Source: Glaucostegus cemiculus
Taxonomy: Eukaryota
NCBI GenBank assembly: GCA_976551045.1
Contig: CDPCPM010000020.1
Coordinates: 2,852,001-2,916,000 of the forward strand
Length of the DNA stretch: 64,000 nucleotides
Direction: 5' to 3'
The notes below the pieces were generated by a model. That model worked only from the letters and a program-made list of their open reading frames with translations, was not told the origin of the DNA and did no database searches. This document shows, in pieces, positions 1 through 13,590 of this stretch. Within the stretch, counting starts at the first letter, position 1. Every line of letters begins with the position of its first letter. The position numbers and the translations under genes were made by a program.

Positions 1-195
1 TGCCCACTGGCCAAAAGGCCTGTTTACATGCTGCATGACTCTACGAGTAAAGACTATGTTGCAGAGAGGTGCATGAAAGCAGTGCTCAGGAGTTCCATCT
101 CGCGTGCAAGTAACTGGCATGGGCTTCACCGTTAAAACAGACTCTCGCCAAGGCCCATGCCACTAGTGGGTTATTTATTTTCCTCTCTCATTTAC

Positions 196-244
196 CTTTG
201 ATTTCTGAAAGAATTTGTGCTTCAGCAGCTCTGCTGCAGTGGGC
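196..244 (-). CDS. STK39: STK39-like kinase exon 9 (R-PTAAELLKHKFFQKSK)
   Basis: Acceptor ctatttttcAG, donor GTAAAT; 49 nt; end of kinase domain. Confidence 0.94.
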
Positions 245-1173
245 CTGAAAAATAGAGTTTACAGAGTGAGTTGGGCAAGTTGAAAGCGGGGGAGAGGGGT
301 TGAGGCATCACTTGCCATGTCGAGATCCACCAGCCTGGCCCGAGTAATGAGACAAAAAACAGGCAACTTTCAGAGATCAGCATCACATGTCAGAAGAGAA
401 GTTCTTCGCACATTCTACCCCATATGGCCAGCCTGACAGTCGCCTCTTTCTTTACCACCTCTTGAGCCTTTGTCTCGGTTTTTCCTGATGGAGGGAGTTG
501 GCTGCAGCCCTTTGTACTCTGTAGCCACACATGGCTGTGTGGGAGCAATGAGTTACATTGAAATGAAAGCTGGACACCTACTGTCCATGCGGCAGAAGCC
601 CAAATTGTGGCATCGGTTAAACATTGGCAGGACATTTCTGTTCATGTGTAGGATGTGCTCTGTCTAATCAGTAAATGGTTCCCTCCCCCACTCCCATCCA
701 TCCTCAGCTACAATGTTGGTACCTGGCACGTTTCCATGTTGTTATCCATACTTCATTGGCACAGCACTTGGTGCACCAGGCTGTTTCGCCACAGACAGTC
801 ACTGCAGGTCTGCGACCACTGTTCCCACCTTGCCACGTGTTCCCAAAGTTCCTCAGGACCTGCAACTCCCAGCTATAACTGGAAGGCTCATTATGATTCA
901 TTCCGAAGGGAGAGTAAGAACGTGCACACGTTCTGTCCTTTGCGATGTTAAAGCCTTTGACAACTTCACTTGTAATCAACAGGAAGTATGCTGCTCTCTG
1001 GAGCTGGAATTTGGCCCTTGCCTTGAAGGTGACGCTAGTATCTCTTGGCCTGAGCAGCAACCTTGTCCAGTGAGATCAGCGAGTGCCCAGATCAGTCAGA
1101 ATCAGGTTCCACCTATAACCAGAGCCCACTTTCCTATTGCAATACTGTCTATGAATGACCTTAGTGCACACAC

Positions 1174-1307
1174 CTCTTTGCAGGGTCTTTCTGAAGACAC
1201 AGGGCTATCAGTTTACGGAAGGACTTGCCATACTTCTTAACCATCTCCTTGTCCTCGACACCTGTCTCGAGAGTAGGGGGCTCATTTTGCAGAGTCACCA
1301 TCAGAAC
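1174..1307 (-). CDS. STK39: STK39-like kinase exon 8 ([45 protein letters not shown])
   Basis: Acceptor catctctAG, donor GTGTGT; 134 nt. Confidence 0.96.
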
Positions 1308-1699
1308 CTAGAGATGGGTTAAAGGAGGCACGAGTTGTGATGTGCAGTGGGAGTGTCCTCCTACTGTAACCAAATCATTACTGTACTCAAAATATTCAAG
1401 AGGCCCACCAACTGCTGTTCTATTATTAAACTTGGTTTTCATTTCTTGCAACCATTATCCTTTAATCCAATTTTAGCTAATCAAAAATGTCAGCTCCAAT
1501 TTGACACTGAAATAAGCACAGTTCAAGTGCCAATGCAAATCAGTCACAGGCTTGGAATACAAAGTCAAATTGTAATTATTTGTATTAATCTGAAATTTGA
1601 AACAGCTTACTGGCTAATTGAACATTTTGTTTTTTGTTCCAAAAAGACAACTTAACATATTTTGTTTCCAGCTATCTAATAATTAAATATTTAAATTTT

Positions 1700-1959
1700 T
1701 TAAATTTTATTTTTTTAATTTTATTTACAGCGTGGTAACAGGCCCTTTCGGCCCATCGAGTTCACGCCGCCCATTTTAACCCCCCAAATTAATCTACCTG
1801 TACGTCTTTTTACAATGTGGGAGGAAACCGGAGCACCCGGAGGAAACCCACGCAGACACGGGAGAACGTACAAACTCCTTACAGTCAGCGACGGGAATCG
1901 AACCCCGATCGCTGGCGCTGTAACAGCGTCGCGCTAACTGCTACGCTATCGTGCTGCCC
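1700..1959 (-). mobile_element. Young tRNA-derived V-SINE with CR1-type 3' tail
   Basis: A/B-box head (GGTTCGATTCCC), V-core gtgggtttcctccgggtgctccggtttcctcccaca, tail gggccgaaagggcctgtt; CpGs retained. Confidence 0.85.
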
Positions 1960-2143
1960 ACAATTAAAAGGGTGCTAGAAAGTTTTGATGTTGATTTACA
2001 TTTCCTAGACAACCCTTGATCCTAGATTTGATTTATTTTGTAAGGAAAAATGCATCTCATAAAACTGTGTCACTCACTCCCAGGTATCTATATTTCCCTT
2101 CAGATAACATACTCTCAGACATCCATCAATTTACAAGCTGTTA

Positions 2144-2278
<135 letters not shown>

Positions 2279-3409
2279 TCAGGAGTTGGTCTATAGCTGC
2301 TGGAAACTTGTGCAGAAGTAGTGTGCTCACTGCAATAGTGACACCTGCTGGAAACAATCAACTAGTATTTTACTGCAAGATAAATTGCTAATTGATCTCT
2401 GCAGGTTATTTATTAAAAGCAAATATTGAATACCCTGAAAGAGTGAAATAAAATCAAAATGCTGGCAACAAGGTAAGTCAGGCAGTATTTATGGAGTGTT
2501 TCAGCTAAATGTTCCATTGTCGGAAGCATTCAAATAAGACCCATTGCAGGACCTTTAACTGATTTTAGGGATTCAGTTTGGCATTTCACATTGAAATTAC
2601 ATACAATGTAGCTTAGTTTCTAATCCATGCTTAACTGACACAAAGCAAATAATATCTGCACCACCATTTATTCTTTGAAGAGATATTTCTCCAAGAATAA
2701 AATAAAATGTAACACTTTTTGGCCTTTCACCAAATCCAGCTCTGATGGCTTCCAACTATACAAGAGTAAGGTGCAGCCCACCCTGCGTGCAATTCTACAC
2801 ACCCATTCCATGTTTTAATGATGCACCCACTCCATTATGTAACAATCCTTCCTCATGATTTGGACACATCCATCCCATCCTTTTCACATAAACATTGATC
2901 TTGCAGGAATTAGAGTAAAGGGTTGAGAGCTGCCAAAAATATCAGTTATGCAGTTGGTACAAGGCACCAGACAGTAAGGCTAACTGCATAAAACAGGAGA
3001 GTATACATTTGAGCAGTTTTGGACATTAGTATGTATGTACATTTTGCACTTAATGGTACTATCAAGGCTCAGTCTCTATTCCCAGGATATGGTCGTGACT
3101 GGCAAGAGAAGAATTCATTGCATTTAAGAATCATCATTCCCCACCTCACTTCCTATTGGTTTGGAGCACACAGCAGGCTTCCTTCCCCTGAAGTAAACCA
3201 GTTGGGTTTTAATGACGTTCCAACACTTTAGTGGTCACGTTTATTGAGGCCGACAGGTTAATGTTTCCAGATTTTAAGGACTGAAATTTCAAATAGTTAT
3301 TGTGGATCTTAAGTTGATTTCTGGATCACTAGTCCAGCCCTTTGGATTACTGATCCACTAATGTAACCACAGCAAAACCCTGTTATAAGACACGTGTTGA
3401 TGTACCTCT

Positions 3410-4085
3410 CCAGGGAATCGAACACACAATCCAGGCCAACAGCACTAGAATTGAGGGAATGCTGCACTGTTGGAGATGCTACTTATCAGGTGGGACACAG
3501 TGACTTGAAATGCTGGCACACAGTTCCAGCAACCCAGGTTAGATCCTGACCTGTGTGCACTTAGTATGTTCTGCCTGTCACCATATGGGTTTCCCCCAAG
3601 TGCTCCAGTTTCCTCCCATATCCCAAATTGCCTCTAATGTTGGTGGGTGGCAGGAGAATTGGGGGGTGGGGGGAGTTTATGGGAGAAAATACTTTACAGG
3701 GAAACAAGAGTGGGTGTTATGGAACCGAGAGCCTGTATAGACTTGATAGGCTGAATGGCCTCCTCTATCATAAGAAAAATATGAGAAATAAACTGAGGAC
3801 CTGCCTGTTCTTACAGCTGGATATTAGATCCTTTGGCTCTAATTTTGAATAAGAACAGGAGATTCTCTCCAGCTGATATTTATCCCTCAAGCAACATCAC
3901 TAAGTCAATTGTCTGGTCATTATCCACCTGACTGTTTGTGGCAACTTGCTATGTGCAAATTGGCAGCTACGTTTTCCACACAATGACACTACACTTAAGC
4001 AAAAATCTATTTAATTGATTTTTTGGCCCATCACATGGTCATAAGAGTTGTGGTAAAAAATAAAAATAAGCTTGCTTTCTCTTGT
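3410..4085 (+). mobile_element. Deu-domain SINE interrupted by a V-SINE (about 3495-3785)
   Basis: gagggaatgctgcactgttggag ... tgtgcaaattggc Deu-like segments on both sides of a V-core element. Confidence 0.6.
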
Positions 4086-4502
4086 ATAATCTGTTTTTCA
4101 GTGTTCATGAACTAGTGTATTTGGGCATTTCTTGGAGTGATGCTCCAGTGGCCTATATGACCGAGGTTTGCAACTACCCCAACTTATTTCACAAATATAA
4201 GATTGTTCAGCTTTCAGCAGACTTTGATTGCATGAGTTTTGGAGGTGAAATGAGTGCCAAACTCACCAATACCCATCAGCCCCCAGAAAATTTGTGACCC
4301 AATTTTAACCAAGTTGCCCAAGTAGGAACAAGAGAGATTTGAGTCAGGTCCCTATTTCACTCTCTTGGCGTCAGGGTTAGGATGTCTGTAAAGTCTAACT
4401 GATAAAGGCATGTTAGGTGAAAGTCTGGGCTTGGGTTTTCGGAAAGTGTGAAAGATGCAAACCCAGCCCTACTTTAACACAAGATTGACTTGAAAACTTT
4501 AC

Positions 4503-4612
4503 CTGCTCCATCACTTCTGGGGCCATCCAACACGGAGTTCCAACAAAGGTTTTGCGGACTTTATTTCTGGTCATATCCCCACCAGCAGCCAGAAAGGCAC
4601 TCACACCAAAAT
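4503..4612 (-). CDS. STK39: STK39-like kinase exon 6 ([37 protein letters not shown])
   Basis: Acceptor tttgctAG, donor GTAAAG; 110 nt; activation loop retains the WNK-target Thr (KTFVGT). Confidence 0.97.
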
Positions 4613-4959
4613 CTAGCAAAGGAAGAAGTCAATTGTTACACTGTTTTATAAAAAAGTCTTTCATCAATAATTATTGCCATGGGGCACTGGAACTCGATGC
4701 AAGATATCGGCTGTAAGTGTAGCCTCAGACAATGCATGGCACAGGTGAGCAAGCTGAAGGCGGCATATAGATTAACAGTCTCATGATTCCTCCTCCATAT
4801 TCCATATCTGGTCTACCTGTGAGGTAAGGCTTGATATTAAGGTTTGCATACATTGCAGTAACAATAAGAAGTTTTATTTAATTATCTCAGGAGACACAAA
4901 AATGTATATTGAACTTTTTGGAGTACAAACTTCATTCAGAGCTCTGCTTCCTGTATCCC

Positions 4960-5370
4960 AAACCACAAGTCTCATTCACCCATCACTCCTGTGTTTACCT
5001 ATACTGGCTTCCTGTTCAGCTCAAATTTAAACATCACAGCCTTCTGTTCAAATCCCATGATGGCTTCTTCCCATCCTATGTTCGTAACCTCTTTCAGTCC
5101 TACTATTTTCTGAGACTTCCACACCTGACCCCCTTGTTAATCCCATACCATACTACTTTGCCTGCAGCTCACTGGTCTTAAACTCTGGAATTTCTTCCTT
5201 AAATCTCACTACCTTTCTTCCCCCCCACCTCAAGCTGCTCAGTAAAACCTATGTCTTTGACTGATATTTTTGTCTTCTGTGTCAATTTTTGTCTGATAAA
5301 ATTCCTTTGAAATGCTTAAGGGCTTTTTTTTTTACTATGTTAAAGATGCTACAGAAATTCAAGTGTTGCT
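4960..5370 (+). mobile_element. Degenerate L2-type LINE 3' end
   Basis: actggcttcctgtt...tttaaa...ctctggaat...aaaacctatgtctttgac resembles an L2 3' end. Confidence 0.5.
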
Positions 5371-5619
5371 TCACAAAGCAGAGTCTTCAAGGGATCATTT
5401 TAGTGGCAACTTTCTCTGCCCTCCTTTCCCTGAAAGAACCGACTCTTGCTGGAATAGAATTCAATGGAGAATGAGCACACAGGGGTGACATTGAAAGTCA
5501 GCAGTGAGCCCTCAGTGCTCTAATCCTCACCCAAGTTGGATTTACCTTCCAGTAGGGCTTACTGAATAAGGATCAGAAGGCAGATTTATCTTGAACTATG
5601 TCCCCTCTTGAACAAGGGG

Positions 5620-5920
5620 ACATTATTTCAAGAGAAGGGGCCGATCATTTAAAATCAAGGTATGTAGAAATTTCTTCTCACAGAGGGTGGTGAATCTCTG
5701 GAGTTCTCTGCCCCAGAATGTTGTGGAGGCTGGATCATTAGAAATATTTAAAGTGGAGGTAGATACATTTTTGAAAGACTGGGGAGTTAAGGTCTAAAGT
5801 GATCTGTCACAAAAGAGGAGGTAAGGACTGGGGCAGATCAGCCGTGATCACAATGAATAGTGGGGCAGGCTTGAAGGGCCGAGTGGCCTACTCCTGCTCC
5901 TGTCTTCTGTGTTCTTATCT
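5620..5920 (+). mobile_element. CR1 LINE 3' fragment
   Basis: ttcttctcacagagggtggtgaatctctggagttctctgcccc ... gaatagtggggcaggcttgaagggccgagtggcctactcctgctcc. Confidence 0.8.
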
Positions 5921-6711
5921 GACTGACCCCCTCCCAATCACAGGGATGTTAGCCAATTACTGTGCTCCTGGCATCCACCAGCTAACACAGCTCAAAGCAG
6001 GGATAAAAATCCGAGCTGTTGCTGGTTCTGATGGCTCAGTTACTCATTGGAGAAACACACTGACCAAAGTGGGTGTGGGGATAGTTACTTCTGGTTTCTT
6101 GCCTCATTCAGTGTGCACAACGGCACATGGATTGTGGATGCAAGTGGTCTTCTTCATTCACACCTCATGATTTTACTGTCGGCCTTACTCCAGCAGTAAG
6201 CATGGCTTTGTACAGTGGTGTAAGTGGACAACAGCAAGTTGGCAGTTCACTTGCATTTCATTTGTTTCTATGGAAATAAAAATGGGCAGAGATATAAAAT
6301 GGCTTTTTACATGTTTTACACTACTGTGCACTCAAAATGCTCCCCAATGGTCTGAAAGTATATGCACTGACTGCTTTGATGCAAGACATGTTTTTCATTG
6401 TACAAGTGACAATAATAAACCAATACCAAGATTAGATTTTTGAGTGACTGTGATTTCACCAAAAGAATAGAGCTGGTATAGAATCAATCATCACAGCACC
6501 GAGACCAACATGACCTTCGGTTCTGTGTCACTGTTATTCATTTTGCCTACAGGTTGAAATTGGAGATGATCTAATGTTAAAAATAATCAAGTTTGTTCAC
6601 TGTTCTAATAATTCTATACTGGCCAGTGGAATTTAATTTGCAAGCAAAGTATATTAACAAAATTATTTTGAGGTACTTTACAATGGTAAGATTAGCATCT
6701 GCTAAACCTAC

Positions 6712-6767
6712 CTGCAATTTGTATAGATCCATCATCTCCAAGTAGAATATTACCAGCTTTAACGTCC
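6712..6767 (-). CDS. STK39: STK39-like kinase exon 5 (R-DVKAGNILLGDDGSIQIA-D)
   Basis: Acceptor gtttcAG, donor GTAGGT; 56 nt; catalytic loop. Confidence 0.96.
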
Positions 6768-7169
6768 CTGAAACGGTACAGACATTAAAAGGTTGGTAGG
6801 ATTGCTGTTGAATCCTCAGAACTTGTATCCCTTCGCTTCTGTACTGACTCAGATCACCCATCCCTTGCTTGTTGTTGCTGTTGATCTCTGAGCAGGGCAC
6901 AACCACAGAACGGATCCATTTACAGTTAAATTGGAAACACTGTTGTCCCTGGATCAGTGGGTGCTTGAGATTCTTAAGCACAAATATCTAGCCTGACACT
7001 CCGCCTAGCATCCAGGAGATGCTGCACTGTCTTCAGACGAGATGTTAAACCGAGGCCCCATCTGCTCTCCCAAGTAAAATAGTTAAGTTATGCCTGGGCT
7101 CCTGACCAAGATGATAGAGAATCTGTGACATGCAAGAAGGTATTGACTAATGACCAGGGTTGGTGTTTT

Positions 7170-8140
7170 CACATACTTCTCACAACAGGAGGCTATTCAG
7201 CCCATCGAGTCTATGCTGGCTCTCAGACCAATCTCCCATTTATTTCAATGTAGCTTATTTTCTCTCACACGCCTATTAGCTACCCCGCTCGCCACACCTA
7301 CTGCACCCTGCCCCCCCCAAATACATGGTGTAAATTTACAGGAGGCAATGTACCTACCACCTTTGGGACGTGGAAGGAAACTGGAGCACCCAAGGAAAAA
7401 CCATCATGGTCACCAGGAGAATGTGCAAACTCCACACAGACAGTGCCAGAGGTTGGGAATGAATCCCAGTGCCTGAAGCTGTGGGACTAACTATTGCACC
7501 GCCATGTTGTCTCCTCTGCAGGAGGAACCAGATGGTACTTCAAAAAGAGGATTATACAAACACACAAATTGGTAGGCCTTCCACCTGAGAAGCCTGCTCT
7601 GCCATTTAATAAAATCACGACTGACCTGACGGTAACCTCAATTCCGTACTCCCGTCTACCCCCTGGTAACCTTTCACCTCCTTGCTTATCAAGAGTCTAC
7701 CTACCTATTCCTTAAAGACTCCATTTCCACCACCCTTTGAGGAAGAGAGTCCCAATTTACCTCAACTGTGTCATATATGGGTTATATTTAAACAGTGACC
7801 CCTAATTCTAGATTCTCCCACAAGAGGAAACATCCTCTCCACAAGTATCCCATCAAGACTTTCAGGATCCTATTAAATTCACCATCCGGGACAATTCCCC
7901 TTCGTGTTACTAGCATTAGGGAGGAGGTACAGGGGCCTGAAGACCCACATTCAAAGTTTTTAGGAACAGCTTCCCCTCCACCATCAGATTTCTGAACGGT
8001 CCATGAACACTACCTCATTATTCCTCTTTTGCACTACTTATTTATTTTTGTAACTTAGAGTAATCTTTGTTTTGCACTGTACTGCTGCCACTAAACAACA
8101 AATTTCACTTCATATGTCAGTGATAGTAAACCCGATTCTG
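7170..8140. mobile_element. Cluster: V-SINE (-, about 7170-7505), CR1 3' fragment (-, about 7570-7880), Rex-Babar 3' fragment (+, about 7920-8140)
   Basis: Similarity to other copies of these families in the window. Confidence 0.65.
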
Positions 8141-8232
8141 AAGAAGACTTCTTGTTTGATAAACAGTTCCTTAGTTAAACCCTTCTGGATTGGTACTCAA
8201 TATGAATTAGAAGCAAAGATTTGAAGGTTCAC

Positions 8233-8374
8233 CTGTGTATCTGTCCATTCCTATGCAGATAATCCAAGCCCTCCAGCACCTCTTTGAGAACTGTTGCTAT
8301 CACTGGTTCATCCAGCACACCATTCTTGTGTTCGTTCTTGCTGACTGTCCTTCTGATTATATCCAGCATAGAGC
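8233..8374 (-). CDS. STK39: STK39-like kinase exon 4 ([48 protein letters not shown])
   Basis: Acceptor cttctctttcAG, donor GTGAAC; 142 nt; not in the ORF track in this frame. Confidence 0.96.
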
Positions 8375-8499
8375 CTGAAAGAGAAGCAAAGGCCCGTTCA
8401 CTTTGCATTCAAGCAGAAGTCTCACTCTCTCTCTCTTCACCACCTCTCCCACCACCCCAGTCGTCTTTCTTTCACCTCCTTTGTTCCTGCTCACACATT

Positions 8500-9660
8500 C
8501 TCTTCCCCAGCACTGATGGCACAAAGATTGGTGGAGCTGTTGATATTGTGGAGGGTAGTCTTTGGCTACAGGATGGTATTGATGTATTGGTGAAATAGGC
8601 TGAGAAATAGCAGATGGAGTTTAATCCAGACAAGTGTGAGGTTATGCACTTTGGGAGTACAAATGAAACTAGGACACACACCATGAATGATAGGATCCCA
8701 GGGAGTATTGAGGAACAGAGGAACCTTGGTGTACAAGTCCAAATATCCTTGAAGCTGGCAGTACTAGTAGATAATGTGGTTAAGAAGGCATAAGAGATAC
8801 TGGCCATCATTAATCAGGGAACTGAATTTAAGAGTAGGGAGGTTATGTTCCAACTTTATAAAACAATGATCAACCCTTGGCTGGAGTACTGCATGTAGTT
8901 CTGGTCACCACACTATAGGAAAGGTGTTAGCACTAGAGAGGGTGCAGAGGAGATTCAATAGGATGTTGCCTGGGATGGAGCGTTTCAATTACGAGAAGAG
9001 GCTGGATCTGTTCTCCTTGGAGCGGAAGAGGTTAAGTGAGGACATGATTGAGGTGTATAAGATTTACAGCACCAGCGACCCGGGTTCAATTCCCGCCGCT
9101 GTCTGTAAGGAGTTTGTATGTTCTCCCAGTGTCTGCGTGGGTTTCCTCCGGGTGCTCCGGTTTCCTCCCACATTCCAAAAAAGACATACGGGTTAGGAAT
9201 TTTTGGGCATGCTACGTTGGCGCCGGAAGCGTGCCGACACTTGCGGGCTGCCCGCAGAACACTCTACGCAAAAGGTGCATTTCACTGTGTGTTTCGATGT
9301 ACGTGTGACTAATAAAGATCTTATCTTATGAGGGGTGTAGATAGGGTGGTGTGCAGAAATATAAAACTAGAAGACAGAGATTTTGGATAAGGGGTAAGAG
9401 ATAAGAGATTCAAGGGATCTGAAGGGGGTCTTTATTACCCAGAAAATGGTGAGCACCCGGTACACACTGCCTGAGAGAGTGGTGGAAGCAGAGTCATTGC
9501 CAGCATTTAAGAATTGTCTGGACAAGCACTTGAATTGCCTAGGCATAGAAGACTATGGGGCAAGTGCTGGAAGATGGGATTAATATGCATAAATCCCCAA
9601 TGGTCGACAGGGATATGGTGGGCCGAATAGCCTGTTTCCATGCTGGGTGACTATGACTAC
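8500..9660 (+). mobile_element. CR1 LINE ORF2 3' part, interrupted by a V-SINE
   Basis: LERVQRRFNRMLPGME peptide; CR1 sequence resumes (ttatgaggggtgtagatagg) after the SINE. Confidence 0.85.
9064..9326 (+). mobile_element. Young 5'-truncated V-SINE with non-CR1 tail, inserted in CR1
   Basis: B-box gggttcaattccc, V-core, tail ending gtgactaataaagatcttatc; near-identical inverted copy at 36455-36660. Confidence 0.85.
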
Positions 9661-9999
9661 AATCATTCTACCGCCTCGCACCCCCCCCCCCCCAAACACA
9701 CACCTCATCGCACTTCACTCTCTTCTCAACCCACCTCATTCTGCTGTTCTCCCCCCACTGAATTATTGCCTGCACTTTAAAAACTGAGGAATTAGCACTG
9801 GCCAATACTTCATTCTCAAACCAAGAATGCTTTTTATAATCAAATAGGCTCTTTTTGTGAAGCAGGAAACTGATATGAGCTCCTGGCAGAACTGCTTTTG
9901 GCCAATTTGCTGGGGTTATGTCTCACTGGAACACTGCCCAAATATCAAGCCCTTTAAGTGTAAACTGAGGAGAGAGTCAAAGGGCTTTTTTCCCCCTTA

Positions 10000-11760
10000 A
10001 TTGTTCATTTTTCAGGATCTGGGCATTGCTGGCTAGACCAGCATTTATTGCCCATCACTAATTGCCCTCGAGAAAGTGGTGGCGAGCCAGCTCCTTGAAG
10101 CACTGCAGTCCTTTTGGTGAAATGCTGCTGGGGACAGAGTTCCGGGATTTAGACCTGAAAATGAAGGAGGGGCAATATATTTCCAAATCAGGATGGTGTG
10201 TAACCGGGCAGGAATCTACAGGTGGTGGGGTTTCCATGTACCTGTGCCTTTGTCCTTCTTGGGAGTAGAGGTCACAGGTTTAGAAGGTGCTGCTGGAGTA
10301 GTTTGGGCGAGTAACTGTAGTGTATTTTGTACACACTGCAGCCACTGTGTAACAGTGGTGGGGGAATGGATGGTTAGGGTCATGAATGGAGTACCAATCA
10401 AGCAGGCTGCTTTATCCTGGATCATGTCAAGCTTCTTGAGAGTTGTTGGAGCTGCACTTATCCAGGCAAGCAAGGAGTATTCCATCATGCTCCCAATTTG
10501 TGCCTTGTAGATAGTGGAAAGACCTTGGAGTTCTAGGAACTGAATCGTTCACCATAGGATATCCAGCCTCTGACTGGTTCTTGAAGCCATGATATTTATA
10601 TGGCAGTTCCAGTGAGCTTTTGGTCAGTGGCGACCCCTAGTATGTTGATGGCAGGATCTACGTGATGGCAATGCCACTGAATGTCAAGGATGAGTATCAG
10701 ACTCTTTCTCGTTATGGATCATCATTGCCTGGCATTTCAGTGGCATGAATGATATTTATCATTTATCAGCGCATGCCTGAATATTGTTTAGATCTTGCTG
10801 CATGCAGGCATGGGCCGCTTCATAAGGGGAGGAGTTGCAAATGGAATTGAACATTGTGTAATCATCAGTGAACATCCCCACTTCTGACCTCATGATGGAA
10901 GGAAAGTCATTGATGAAACAACTAAAGATAGTTGGGCTGAGGACACTGCTCGGAGGGGATGTTCTGGGGCTGGGATGATTGACCTCCAATAACCACACCC
11001 ATCTTCCTTTGTGCAAGGTATGACTCCAACTATTGGAGTGTTTTCCCTTTGATGCTGATTGACTTTAATTTTAACCCTAATATCCAATTCAATGAATTTT
11101 ACGTCTAGAATTCAGCCCTCTGGTGCTTGTTTAGACCAAGGCTGTGTTGAGGTCTGGAGTTGGGTGGCCTAGGCGATACCCAAACTGGGCATTGGTGAGG
11201 AAGTTACTGGTGAGTAAGCACCACTTAATAGCACTGTCGATGACACTTTCTATCATGTTGCTGATCGTACTCAATGTCAGCAAGACCAAGGAATTGATTG
11301 TGGACTTCAGAAAGGGGAAGTCGGGAGAACACACACCAGTCCCATGGAGGGGGTCAGCAGTGGAAAGGGGGAGCGGCTTCAAGTTCCTGGGTGCTAACGT
11401 GGCAGAGGATACTCTAGCTTGTTATTCCTTTTTTTGCACTATTTATTTATTTTTGTAATTTATAGTAATTTTGTATCTTCGCACTGTACTGGTGCTGCAA
11501 AACAACAAATTTCACTTCACGTAAGGCAGTGATAATAAATCCGATTCTGATTGAGAGTAGACCAATTCTGGTTAATTACTGTCTGTTGTACACCTTGCAT
11601 TATTGGATAGATGCTAATAATCACATTATTGGATTGATGCCAGTGTTGTAACTGCACTGGACAGCTTGGTTAGAAGCACAACTAGTTCAGGAGTACAGGT
11701 CTTTGGTGATGCAGCTGGGATGTTGCCTGGCCCATTAGCCTTTACTATATCCAGTGTTAT
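10000..11760 (-). mobile_element. Older CR1/L2-group LINE RT remnant, interrupted by a Rex-Babar fragment (11266-11551, +)
   Basis: RT peptides SVLSPTIFSCFIND...MFTDD and LKKLDMIQDKAACLIG; insert encodes LNVSKTKELIVDFRK and is flanked by ctgat. Confidence 0.8.
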
Positions 11761-12343
11761 GAGGATACCAATTTGGCCCTCACCCACCATCCATATACAC
11801 ATGCACCCTCTAGCAGGAGTCACAAGAGCCTTTGCTGAGGCTGTGCATTCTCTCTGCCAGCAGACCCCAGCTTGTTCTGCGTGGATATCAGACAAACCTG
11901 GGACGTCCCTGTCCTGCAAGTCCCAGGAAAGCACTGGGACACAGAGGGAAACAAGTTAATCTCATTAACGTTTTGCTCCAAATTAATACCTTTTCAAATT
12001 TTCCTGAAACATGAACCATCTTTTTTCTTGCCCACATTTTACCAAACTCTCTGTTGCAATGCAGCTGCTAAGTGTCAGGTTATTGACCCCTCCTGCAGGT
12101 GCTGCAGTTACAGGGAGAAGAACAACAGACATTGTTAAAGAGAGTGAAAGTCTCTCATTGGAAGCAGCACAACAGCAATGACCAGTTTCAGAGCTCTGGG
12201 AAATGGTTGTATATTACATCCTATCAGACAAATTCACCTTGGAAGGTCAAACAACAAATTCACTTCAATGGATAAGGAAATTGTGTCGAATATAAACTGG
12301 CCATGGAGTCACCACTGGCTGTCTTCCATCTGCCCTCATTTCA

Positions 12344-12577
<234 letters not shown>

Positions 12578-13590
12578 CTAATAAGAGATTTATAGAATGC
12601 TACTTAAAACCAGAACAGTCCAAATAAAAAATGGCACCAGAGGGGTTGTCATCAATGCAAATCTAATAATAATTTGTTAATCACAAATGCTGCCTTCTTT
12701 CTACCTGGGCTTGGAGATGGGAGAACATCAATTAGGATTATTAAACTGAAGGAGAATAAGGTGAACCTGACTGTGAAACCCTTGGCCTCGTTTGCCAACA
12801 CTCAGTGCCTGGGTTCGCTCAACAAACAGTAATCACTTGACCGTGGTTACAGAAGGCAGCTGGTGGCGGTGGTACTCTTCCTCTATTGCTGTGACACTGA
12901 GCTCCAGTTTAAAAAGATTTACAGGCCCAGCTCAAATTGAGACTCAGCTTAATTGTGGAGGTGTACTGTTCTGTTTTGTTCTCAGAAGGGGGTGAATTTC
13001 CAAATTCGTGGGCCTGGTCCCCAGTCAGTAATATCAAAAGATTCCTTTAGACTTTTCTTACCATTAATTTAAATGATGACATCTAAATTTCTGGTATGTG
13101 CTCTTAGCAGTTGAGACCACCTGCCCCCCACCACCACCTCAAGCACAAGTAGTGCTTGTTTGATGGCTGTCTCCTATTATTGATCATAGAGAAGACCTAT
13201 GAAGCCCATCAGAAGATTTTTGTTATGTCCACACCAGCTACCCAGGCTCTCAGCAGTAGCTCTCAATCTCTCCTCTGTCTAGAAATGTATCTTGTTGCCT
13301 GTTGGACTCATCTAATGATCATTTTAATCTATTACTCTATTCCCATTTGTATAATGTTCAACGTCACACGTCACAATGGATTTCTAAGCATGTGGCTAAC
13401 AAGCTCCAATTATAAAGTTTAAATCTGTCGCTCACAGTGGCTTGTGAGCAGTGGTAAACAAATCCAGATCAGGAAGCTGCAGCGTGGGGACACTCTCTGC
13501 TGGTCGCTGTTTGCAAAATGGTGGAACACTAACTGCGAAGAGGGCAACTGGTAAAAACAGCCGCCAGATAGTACCAGTGCCTCAACTCAC

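Noticed and set aside
713-1240. 175-aa plus-strand ORF
   Set aside because: Antisense to kinase exon 8 and intron 8; no recognisable protein features.
1895-1959. tRNA-like sequence with A and B boxes
   Set aside because: It is the head of a V-SINE, continuing into SINE core and tail; not a tRNA gene.
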